NCBI GenBank assembly: GCA_965279515.1
Contig: CBDIID010000003.1
Coordinates: 704,001 to 768,000, forward strand
DNA: 64,000 nucleotides
Reading direction: 5' to 3'
DNA from: Turneriella sp.
Lineage (GTDB): Bacteria > Spirochaetota > Leptospiria > Turneriellales > Turneriellaceae
A model generated the notes under the pieces. That model was not told where the DNA came from, did not search any database, and saw only the letters and a list, made by a program, of their open reading frames with translations. A program made the position numbers and the translations under genes. Shown in pieces: positions 56,473 to 64,000 of the stretch. The number at the start of each line of letters is the position of its first letter. The first letter of the stretch is position 1.

Positions 56473-57245
56473 TGCCAAACCGCAAGCGACGGGGTTTGAA
56501 ATTTTTCAGCCCCGTTCTGCTTCTTTTTCTTGTTTTTTCCCTGCTCCGCGGTAGCTGCGGTGAGACTAAAAAACCGATTCAGGCGAATGCCAACGCCGAT
56601 GAGATTTCCAATAAGGAAGCGGAAGCGTTCCGCAAAGATGCGGCGGCGATCTATGCACCCTACAAGACCTTAAGCGTTAGTTTTACCCTCAAGGGAAAAG
56701 TCAGCAACGAAGAGCTCTATTATGAAGGCGATCTTTCATCGACGGCGACGGGACTTAAGATCGGTATGAAAGACGCGGTTTTTCTTTCACCCCTTCTGAG
56801 CCTGGATATCGGTAAAGAAAAGGTGACGCTCAAAGACATTGCCCGCAATAAGACACAGACTATTCCCCGCGCAGAGTACCAGTGGGTCGAGCTCTTCGGC
56901 CGCACGTTTCCCGTACGTTTTTTTGAACCATTGATGCGGGGATATCTGCCGGAAGACGCGCTTTCTCCCGACTCGAGTTTTGCGCGCACCCCCGCGGGCG
57001 AAGTTCTTGTCCGTTCTGATAACAACAGCTTTGAAGCGGCCATGTATTTCACAGATCTGAAACTCACGAAAATATTTTACCGCGATAAGCTGCGCGGCGA
57101 GATCCTGATTTTCCACCTCGCAAAACCGTTTAAGAACCGACAATATCCGCAAACCCTCAAAATCGAACATTCACGCGCCAACGATTTCCTGACATTGAAC
57201 TTTAAAGGTCTTCGGGTAACCGGTGACACACCCCCCAAAAAATAG
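56472..57245 (+). CDS. Hypothetical lipoprotein, LolB/DUF4292-like candidate
   Basis: TGATG coupling; basic N-terminus, hydrophobic stretch and RGSC lipobox; beta-rich mature region. Confidence 0.6.
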   Translation: MPNRKRRGLKFFSPVLLLFLVFSLLRGSCGETKKPIQANANADEISNKEAEAFRKDAAAIYAPYKTLSVSFTLKGKVSNEELYYEGDLSSTATGLKIGMKDAVFLSPLLSLDIGKEKVTLKDIARNKTQTIPRAEYQWVELFGRTFPVRFFEPLMRGYLPEDALSPDSSFARTPAGEVLVRSDNNSFEAAMYFTDLKLTKIFYRDKLRGEILIFHLAKPFKNRQYPQTLKIEHSRANDFLTLNFKGLRVTGDTPPKK

Positions 57246-57247
57246 CC

Positions 57248-57847
57248 ATGTCGACGGAAGTGTTTGAAACACTTAAAACCAAGGCACTGGGTTGCCAACT
57301 CTGCAAACTTGCCGCCACACGCACCCAGGTCGTCTTCGGCGAGGGAAATCCCAGTGCGCGGCTGATGTTCATCGGCGAAGGCCCGGGCAAGGATGAAGAT
57401 GCGAGCGGCAGGCCTTTTGTCGGCCGCGCCGGCCAATTGCTCACGCGTATCATAGAAAACGGCCTGAAGCTGAAGCGCGAAGATGTCTATATTGCGAACG
57501 TCGTCAAATGCCGGCCGACCGTCGATGGCCTCGGCAAACGCGACCGGCCCCCCGAAGCCGATGAGGTCGCCGCCTGCGCCCCCTATTTGCGCCAGCAGAT
57601 TGAACTCATCCGGCCCGAGGTGATTGTCACGCTGGGAAATCCCTCAACGCGTTTTCTTTTGCAGACGATGGAGGGGATAACCAAGCTGCGCGGCAAGTGG
57701 CATGCCTATGGTGACATTGCCGTGATGCCGACATACCATCCGAGCTTTCTGTTGCGTAATGGCGGCGATGCCGGTAACACGCCCTATAAGCGGGATGTCT
57801 GGAATGATATGAAACTTGTGATTGAAAGATTGGCTTTGCCAATCTAG
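57248..57847 (+). CDS. Family-4 uracil-DNA glycosylase (Fe-S)
   Basis: CQLC, IGEGPG..ED..GRPFVGRAG, NVVKCRP and PTYHPS. Confidence 0.93.
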   Translation: MSTEVFETLKTKALGCQLCKLAATRTQVVFGEGNPSARLMFIGEGPGKDEDASGRPFVGRAGQLLTRIIENGLKLKREDVYIANVVKCRPTVDGLGKRDRPPEADEVAACAPYLRQQIELIRPEVIVTLGNPSTRFLLQTMEGITKLRGKWHAYGDIAVMPTYHPSFLLRNGGDAGNTPYKRDVWNDMKLVIERLALPI

Positions 57848-57886
57848 AAGTCGCTACCGCGACCGAAAAAATGGGCTTACCCGGCC

Positions 57887-58345
57887 CTAGGCAAAAATCC
57901 TTTCGACCGCGGCCTTGCGGAAAGCAAAAATCTCTTCGAGCTTACCGCGCACAACCAGACTGTGGATGATACCCTGGAATGGTACGGGCGGCAATGCATA
58001 ATCGACGCGGTCGGTCATGTGGGTAAACTTGCCCTCTTTGCGAAAGAAGTGTTTATGCGACCAGATGCGGTAGGGCCCAATGCGCTGTTCGTCGGCAAAC
58101 ATCACACCGCTATTCACGTGCGTGATTTCCGTCACCCACGATATGGGGATTTTCAGAAGCGGCGAAACCTTGTATTCGATGTGCAAACCCGGATAGATCT
58201 CATCGGGCAGGTCCGGTGTCGTGACGGTAAAAGCAAGTTCGGGCGGCGTGATGTGTTTGAGATTATGCGGATTGGAAAAATATTTCCAGGTCGTCGCGAG
58301 GTTTGCCCGCACCACTTGCTCGCGCTTTAAAGAATAAATCTTCAC
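57887..58345 (-). CDS. SRPBCC-family protein
   Basis: FSNPHNLKHITPP, WVTEIT, FADEQRIGPY..W.H.H.F and IFAFR. Confidence 0.85.
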   Translation of the reverse strand: MKIYSLKREQVVRANLATTWKYFSNPHNLKHITPPELAFTVTTPDLPDEIYPGLHIEYKVSPLLKIPISWVTEITHVNSGVMFADEQRIGPYRIWSHKHFFRKEGKFTHMTDRVDYALPPVPFQGIIHSLVVRGKLEEIFAFRKAAVERIFA

Positions 58346-58866
58346 CGTATTTCCTTCAGCTGATCGCGGTGAAGGGCAGCATTTGTAATATAGTTTTTCC
58401 AGGTGCGGATCATCATTTCGCGCTCCTCATCTTTAATCTCGCGCACGAGCTTTGCGGGAGACCCTAAGGCCAGCCATCCGCTTTTGACAGTAAAACCCGG
58501 CGGCACGAGTGCACCTGCCGCCACAAAGCCGAACGGTTCGACCGTGGCGTTATCCAAAAGCGTCGCACCCATACCGATGAAGGAATCATCCATGAGCGTC
58601 GCGCCGTGGATGAGGACGCGGTGGCCGATGGTGATACGGTCACCGATGGAAGTCGCGAATTTGCCGCCTGTGACATGGACGACGGAAAGGTCCTGGATAT
58701 TCGTCTGCGCACCGATGCGGATCGAATGCACATCGCCGCGCACAACGCAGCCATACCAGACGGAGCTCTCGACACCCAGCGTGACATCGCCCAAAACATC
58801 GGCGCCGGGGGCTATCCAGGCGCTGGCAGCGATCTGGGGAGTTTTTTCACCGAGCGAATACAGCAC
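58342..58866 (-). CDS. Gamma carbonic anhydrase family protein
   Basis: Hexapeptide repeats, VRGD, TNIQD..VH and IGH..IHG. Confidence 0.92.
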   Translation of the reverse strand: MLYSLGEKTPQIAASAWIAPGADVLGDVTLGVESSVWYGCVVRGDVHSIRIGAQTNIQDLSVVHVTGGKFATSIGDRITIGHRVLIHGATLMDDSFIGMGATLLDNATVEPFGFVAAGALVPPGFTVKSGWLALGSPAKLVREIKDEEREMMIRTWKNYITNAALHRDQLKEIR

Positions 58867-58904
58867 GTGTCACAGCGGAGAATCCGCAAAGGGAAGCAAG
58901 ATTA

Positions 58905-59120
58905 TTAGGTATTGTGGGCCAGATCGGATGGATAAAAACCGCCCGTTTCTGTTGAGGCGCCATGAAACTTCGCAATCTCTTCGTTTACGGCATTGCGGCA
59001 GCGACCGCAACCCATCGCTGCGCCCAGGTTCACCTGGACATCAGCTAATGTGCGGGCGCCCCCTTGAAGGGCTTCTTTGACCTGACGGTCGTTGATATTT
59101 GCGCAGCAGCAAACGATCAT
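58905..59120 (-). CDS. bfd: Bacterioferritin-associated ferredoxin (BFD-like 2Fe-2S)
   Basis: MIVCCC.NIND..CGRC. Confidence 0.85.
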   Translation of the reverse strand: MIVCCCANINDRQVKEALQGGARTLADVQVNLGAAMGCGRCRNAVNEEIAKFHGASTETGGFYPSDLAHNT

Positions 59121-59122
59121 GA

Positions 59123-59147
59123 GCTAATGAGAATTGTTCTCACTAGC
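59123..59147. promoter_or_regulatory. Fur-box-like palindrome directly upstream of bfd
   Basis: GCTAaTGAGAA-TTG-TTCTCAcTAGC; TTGACG on the minus strand at 59148-59153. Confidence 0.65.
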
Positions 59148-59156
59148 CGTCAAGTC

Positions 59157-59834
59157 TTATTGGATAATCTCCGTATAGAAATCGTCAATATTTGCCTCAA
59201 TATCACTGGATACACCGCGAATGAAAAAGCCCGAATAACCGCCCCTCAGGACTTTGTCTGAGGCGGTAATTTCATCTGAAATCGTGCCGGATAGAGAACA
59301 TACTAGCTTATCGTCTTTGACGGAAAATGTCAAAATGTAGGAATTTCCCCTTTGAAAGGCATGGGAGTTTGGCGACTGTGCGAGTGTCGTTCGAACACCC
59401 TGCTCTCCCCTGAATAAGGTTAAATTCCCGGCCGCTGCACCTGCCTCAATTCCGCAAAATAACCCGTCATTCAGAGTTGATACGGATTTAGATCTCATCA
59501 CAAGCATAAAGAGCCCGTTCAAAAGATTCGCCGAAATAGGTTCAAACTTTAATGAACTCACGGTTTTGTTGTGCTCGACCTTATTCGTGCACATTGCATA
59601 AGCAAAACTGTTAAACCGAACGAGCTCGTATATTTTTTGCCCGTAAACGGCCAATTTACCAGGTAACGGATTAAACGAACCGCCGCCTATCTCCCAATAT
59701 TCCCCGAGTGAATCAGAATCGGAACGATTAAAATCGTCGCTGCAAAGGCGACGCGTGCTCTCGGTACCCAGATTCGTCTGATTACAATTAAGCTGCAACG
59801 CAAAAATCATGAGGATAAACCAAAGGCGGCACAT
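59157..59834 (-). CDS. Hypothetical lipoprotein, paralogue B (beta-sandwich/lectin-like guess)
   Basis: FILMIFALQLNC lipobox; CSDDFNRSDS..LG..WEIG; C-terminal GYSGFF..DDFY.E. Confidence 0.65.
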   Translation of the reverse strand: MCRLWFILMIFALQLNCNQTNLGTESTRRLCSDDFNRSDSDSLGEYWEIGGGSFNPLPGKLAVYGQKIYELVRFNSFAYAMCTNKVEHNKTVSSLKFEPISANLLNGLFMLVMRSKSVSTLNDGLFCGIEAGAAAGNLTLFRGEQGVRTTLAQSPNSHAFQRGNSYILTFSVKDDKLVCSLSGTISDEITASDKVLRGGYSGFFIRGVSSDIEANIDDFYTEIIQ

Positions 59835-59838
59835 ATAT

Positions 59839-60531
59839 TTATGGAAAAGCCTCGCTTCGGAAATCATCAAAATACATCTCCATGGTATTCGCAAAGAAAA
59901 TTCCCGTGTATCCGTGGGAATAGGTGTCATCACGGGAATTCAGGACGACTTGGGTACCGTTCAAATTCAACGAGCAGGTCAGGTTATTCCCCTCTGCTTC
60001 GAAAACTATCTTTAAATTCCCTCCCGCGTTGAAGTTCCCGGGGAAGCCAGCGGCTGTGGCAAGGGTTGTCGATGCAGAATTCACACTGCGCGATAAATCG
60101 AATTGTCCGTTCCGGGTGCCGCATATGTAGGCGTTTAACTGATCCTGTAGTCTAACCGTGACGAGGATAGGCTGATTTGAAACGGAGCTGGATATGAGAT
60201 TGAATGTGACGGAAGATCGGACCTTATTTTGAACGACTTTGTTCTTGCAATGCGCTTCGAAAATCGGACCGACTGCGGGAATCGATATCCGCCCTTTGTT
60301 ATTTTCAATGCGGGCAACCGCGGCATTGACTTGCGGAAAATTAGCACCGATCGCCCAGTTCCCGCCCAACTCCGCAGAATCCGCGCGGTTGAAATCGTCA
60401 GAACATATGGCATTGCTTGAAGCCAAACCCAAATCCATTTGCTGGCAACTGGAGAACGCAGCACCAAAATTGCACATGTAAAGAATGCGCCAAAAGCAAT
60501 GACTCAGGTTAAAGATGCGATCGTGGCGCAT
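59839..60531 (-). CDS. Hypothetical lipoprotein, paralogue A (start uncertain)
   Basis: AAFSSC lipobox; CSDDFNRADS..LG..WAIG; C-terminal GYTGIF..DDFR.E. Confidence 0.65.
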   Translation of the reverse strand: MRHDRIFNLSHCFWRILYMCNFGAAFSSCQQMDLGLASSNAICSDDFNRADSAELGGNWAIGANFPQVNAAVARIENNKGRISIPAVGPIFEAHCKNKVVQNKVRSSVTFNLISSSVSNQPILVTVRLQDQLNAYICGTRNGQFDLSRSVNSASTTLATAAGFPGNFNAGGNLKIVFEAEGNNLTCSLNLNGTQVVLNSRDDTYSHGYTGIFFANTMEMYFDDFRSEAFP

Positions 60532-60643
60532 GTTTCGAACGAACCTCTTTGTGATATAAGCAATAACTTTGACTAAAGAAGAAACGCAGATTACCCGTCA
60601 CCATTTTAGCTGACCGTTTGTACCGTGTTTGTGAAAGGTCTGT

Positions 60644-62086
60644 ATGTTGTCGCGCACGAGAATACTTATCTTTTCATTATTGGTCGCCAGCACCGTCTCC
60701 GCCGCGACCTTTAAAGACGCCGTCCGCTCCCTCGGCCCTGGCAATACCGGTGTCAGTGTCGCCCGCGAACTTGTGGGCCTCATGAACCTCATGAGTGAGC
60801 ATCTCACCTATGACGAAAAGGCGCGCCAGTTCTTTGTTTTCCTGAACGATGCCCTCGAAGATTTTGACTTTGCCCGCATCTACGACAGTCCCTGGCTGTC
60901 ACCGAGCACCGATAACTTTCGCAGCATCGTGCTCTCTGGTAAGAATGTCGGCCAGAGCTACCGCGTTTCGGTCGACTCTGCGGCAGCCGACAAATCGGCA
61001 CTCGGCAATGCCCGCGCCGAGTACCGCATGCGGCGTAACGAAATCGCCGGCGACAAAACCTACACGGCGCAGCTCGATTTCGACGCGGCGCTGAAAAAAT
61101 TCGACGCGCAGGCGATGGCGCGTTTTCTCGAAGGTATCCTGAAGATCCAGGACCCGGAAAATATTAAGGCTCTTCACCCGGCGGCCTCGAATGCCTTTCC
61201 TGAGTTTAAGGGCGAGACGAGAAAGGTGTTCGATCAGGCGGCGGCGGATTTCCCGCAGACCACACAGATGCTTTCGAAGTACCTCCAGTTCCGCAGCTTT
61301 GCCGAAATTAAATCAGCCGGCGGCAAAAACTATACCGATATAGCGATCCGGGGACATTTCAACATGGCAGCACTCGAAGCCGACTATCCCCAGATCCGTA
61401 AGTTCCTCAAAGACATCCGCAATCTCTTCATTCTGCAAATCTACATCGGCAATGCCAAGGGACAAAACATTGCCTCGTTCATCATCAACACGCAGACCGA
61501 AGAATTTTTTGTCGGAGCGAAAACCCAGGGCGGTAAAATTTTGCCGATGAACAAGGACGGCTCCCCCGCCTTTGCCGATGCGGTTTCATTTTCGGGGAAC
61601 AGCGACCACAAATTCTTTGTGGCATTAAACGCCTTTGTCAATGTCTATGGACTCAAGATCAACACCGGCAACATCGGCGCCTACCTGCGTTACCAGTCGA
61701 ACCTGGAAAAAATGTCATTCTTTGCGAAGATCACCAGTATCCCCGAAGGTAAAATTTCGGGCGCCTTGTTCGGCGTTTTGCCCACCTGGGTGATCGATCT
61801 GTCCATTCCGTCGGATTTACAGACGCTGATGAACAAATTCTCCCAGGTCGTGCTGAACGCCAATAATGGCGAGGGCAGCCGCGCCGAAATCGCCTGGCGC
61901 AAAAAAGGCGGCGATGCATCACTACATGCCTCAGCCTCGACCGAGTTTCTCGAAAACCGCTTTATCCGCATCGGTATGAAGATCTGGGTGAGAAAGTTCC
62001 GCCCCAGCGAAACGGTGCAGGAAGATATCCGGCTGTTTATCGGCCGCTTTACGCGGGCGATACTGGCGGATTTGTCGGGGGTTTAA
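60644..62086 (+). CDS. Hypothetical exported protein (480 aa)
   Basis: Cleavable signal peptide (VSA-A), host-like codon usage, no recognised motif. Confidence 0.75.
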   Translation: MLSRTRILIFSLLVASTVSAATFKDAVRSLGPGNTGVSVARELVGLMNLMSEHLTYDEKARQFFVFLNDALEDFDFARIYDSPWLSPSTDNFRSIVLSGKNVGQSYRVSVDSAAADKSALGNARAEYRMRRNEIAGDKTYTAQLDFDAALKKFDAQAMARFLEGILKIQDPENIKALHPAASNAFPEFKGETRKVFDQAAADFPQTTQMLSKYLQFRSFAEIKSAGGKNYTDIAIRGHFNMAALEADYPQIRKFLKDIRNLFILQIYIGNAKGQNIASFIINTQTEEFFVGAKTQGGKILPMNKDGSPAFADAVSFSGNSDHKFFVALNAFVNVYGLKINTGNIGAYLRYQSNLEKMSFFAKITSIPEGKISGALFGVLPTWVIDLSIPSDLQTLMNKFSQVVLNANNGEGSRAEIAWRKKGGDASLHASASTEFLENRFIRIGMKIWVRKFRPSETVQEDIRLFIGRFTRAILADLSGV

Positions 62087-63122
62087 TCTTCTTGGAAAAC
62101 CAAGCATCCCCGCTCTGCGCATTCGCCCGACGCAGCGCGCGACGTTCCTCAACGGGTTTCAGGCTGATCTCGCGGCACGCTTCGCTGCAGCAGTTATTCA
62201 GGCGTTGACCGCAAGCTTCGCACTGGATCATCAGCACATGACAGCCTTCGTTGGCGCAGTTGAGCTGCCGGTCTGACGCGGCGCCGCAGATATGGCATTT
62301 CGATAAAATATCGGGGGTGATGCGTTCGCCGAGACGCTCGTCGAAGACAAAATTCTTACCCTTAAACTTCGACGGCAGGTTTTCTTCTTTCACGGCATGC
62401 GCATAGTTAATGACGCCGCCTAAAAGCTGGTATACGTTATTAAAACCCTGGTCCCTGAGATACGCGCCGGCTTTTTCACAGCGAATGCCGCCGGTGCAGT
62501 AGATGAGAATCTTCTCATCTTTTTTGTCCTTCAGCATGTCGGCAACGACCGGCAGCTCTTCGCGGAAGGTCGGCACATCGGGGCAGATGGCGTTCTCAAA
62601 ACGCCCTACCTCGCTCTCATAGTGGTTGCGCATATCGACGATCAGCGTACCGGGCTCATCGAGCGCCGCATTGAATTCGGCGGGTGTCAGGTGCGGGGCT
62701 TCTTTTTCCGGTGTGAGGGAGAAATCGCCCAGGCCGTCGTTCACAATGTAACGCTTTACCTTGATGGTCAGCTTAATGAACGAGTCGCCGTTGTCTTCAA
62801 CACCGGGGTTAAAGCGCAGGTTTTGAAAACCGGGAATGGCATTCAGGCCAGCCTTGAATTTTTCGAGGTTTTCGAGGGGCACTGCCAGCTGTGCGTTGAT
62901 GCCTTCGTGCGCCAGATAGATGCGCCCCAATACACCCAGGGCATTCCACTCTTTATAGAGCGCGTCGCGCAGTTCGTGTGGATTATCAATGCGTGTATAA
63001 CGATAGAAAGAAAACGTGCGCCGCTCAACAGGCCCGGCTTCTTTTAGCTTTTTTTCGAGATCCTGACGGCTATAGCGGTTATGCAGCATTTCAACTCTGT
63101 GCTCGTTGCGGTGGCGGGCCAT
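62049..63122 (-). CDS. trhO: tRNA uridine(34) hydroxylase, rhodanese-related (YceA/TrhO)
   Basis: SFYRY, GRIYLAHEGINAQ, DMRNHYE, YCTGGIRCEK, GKNFVFDER and a Cys-rich tail. Confidence 0.93.
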   Translation of the reverse strand: MARHRNEHRVEMLHNRYSRQDLEKKLKEAGPVERRTFSFYRYTRIDNPHELRDALYKEWNALGVLGRIYLAHEGINAQLAVPLENLEKFKAGLNAIPGFQNLRFNPGVEDNGDSFIKLTIKVKRYIVNDGLGDFSLTPEKEAPHLTPAEFNAALDEPGTLIVDMRNHYESEVGRFENAICPDVPTFREELPVVADMLKDKKDEKILIYCTGGIRCEKAGAYLRDQGFNNVYQLLGGVINYAHAVKEENLPSKFKGKNFVFDERLGERITPDILSKCHICGAASDRQLNCANEGCHVLMIQCEACGQRLNNCCSEACREISLKPVEERRALRRANAQSGDAWFSKKIKPPTNPPVSPA

Positions 63123-63123
63123 C

Positions 63124-64000
63124 TTATTTCACCGCCCTGCTATTCATTCTGCTGAAAATCGCCGCCAGCACACTGCCGATAAGACTATGCATCAATGAGG
63201 AAATTGCACACGGCACGGCTGCGAGCGCCCCCAAATGTTTGGTCGCCAGCACCACCCCCAGACCCGAGTTCTGCATGCCGACTTCGATGGAAATCGTCTG
63301 CGCCTGCACTGGCCGAATGCGAATGAGCCGGGCAAAGACATAACCAAACAGGAAACCGCCGGCGTGCAGGGTAAAAACCGCCGCCACAATCAGCCATCCG
63401 CCTTTGAGAATATTTTCACGCGACTGACCGATGATGGAGGCGACAATCAGCGTAATCGAAAGCACGGCGAGAAAATTCGCCGACGTCTCGAGCTTTTGCG
63501 CCAGGGAGGGTATGAGTTTTTTCGCCAGGAGCGCCATCGCAATCGGCAATAATATAACAATCGCCGTAGACAAAGTCATGGAAATTGCGTCGACCGGCAC
63601 GCGCGCGCCGATGAGCCATGCCGAAAGCGCCGGCGTCACAATGGCGGCGGCAATCGTCGAGCACGCAGTCATTGTCACCGAAAGCGGTACATCCGCCTTG
63701 GCGAGATAGGTGATGACGTTCGAGGCCGTTCCGCCGGGACAGCAGGCGACGAGAATGAGCCCGGCGGCGATTTCTTTGGGGAGGGCAAAAATCTCTGCAG
63801 TGAAAAACCCCATCGCGGGCATCACGGTGTACTGCAAAATGAAACCCGCAAAAACCGGCAGTGGATTTTTGCCGACGCGGCGAAAATCATCGAGCGTGAG
63901 CGAGAGGCCAGTGAAAAACATAATCGCGGCCAACGCGATTTTTATGTAAAGCGGGCCGAACCACGTAAAAATCGCCGGTTCAACGAGTGCAACAGCGCTC
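63124..64000 (-). CDS. Bile acid:sodium symporter (BASS) family protein, 5'-truncated by window
   Basis: QYTVMP, CCPGGTASNV and SIEVGMQNSGL. Confidence 0.92.
   Translation of the reverse strand, partial: SAVALVEPAIFTWFGPLYIKIALAAIMFFTGLSLTLDDFRRVGKNPLPVFAGFILQYTVMPAMGFFTAEIFALPKEIAAGLILVACCPGGTASNVITYLAKADVPLSVTMTACSTIAAAIVTPALSAWLIGARVPVDAISMTLSTAIVILLPIAMALLAKKLIPSLAQKLETSANFLAVLSITLIVASIIGQSRENILKGGWLIVAAVFTLHAGGFLFGYVFARLIRIRPVQAQTISIEVGMQNSGLGVVLATKHLGALAAVPCAISSLMHSLIGSVLAAIFSRMNSRAVK

Noticed and set aside
1..64000. tRNA/rRNA genes, prophage, integrase, retron or other RT elements
   Set aside because: Intergenic gaps are short with no cloverleaf or rRNA signatures, and no phage, recombinase or reverse-transcriptase motifs were seen in any ORF.

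Overview
Gene-dense bacterial chromosomal window with about 48 CDSs. I found no rRNA, tRNA, CRISPR array, integrase or transposase. The LipL45-like FecR lipoprotein, spirochaete-style lipoboxes and moderately GC-rich codon usage suggest a Leptospiraceae genome, possibly Turneriella-like; this is inference and was not searched. Housekeeping genes include secA (3' part), msrA, proC, thiL-like, trmL-like, mfd, sixA-like, argC, a cyclophilin, sdhB, nnr, rmuC, pabB/pabC-like, family-4 UDG, bfd and trhO, plus an alpha-2-macroglobulin/pbpC pair and a Phd/ParE-type TA pair. The most notable observations are: (1) a degenerate AGCS amino-acid symporter domain fused in frame to phosphatidylserine decarboxylase; (2) an Ape1/PatB-like SGNH domain fused to a complete PatA/AlgI MBOAT ending in FIYFQF; (3) two 143-bp multi-hairpin repeat elements with a compensatory base-pair change, whose ends are the stop codons of convergent genes and which bracket msrA-puuD; (4) a second, unrelated REP-like doublet wrapped around a terminator; (5) a candidate LolB-like lipoprotein downstream of a lolB-type TPR gene; (6) a 1577-aa polytopic membrane protein, an NTT-HEAT-cNMP transporter and tandem AT-rich lipoprotein paralogues; (7) several operator or promoter motifs, including sigma54, Fur-like and leaderless candidates. 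All family calls come from motif recognition by eye; no database searches were run.
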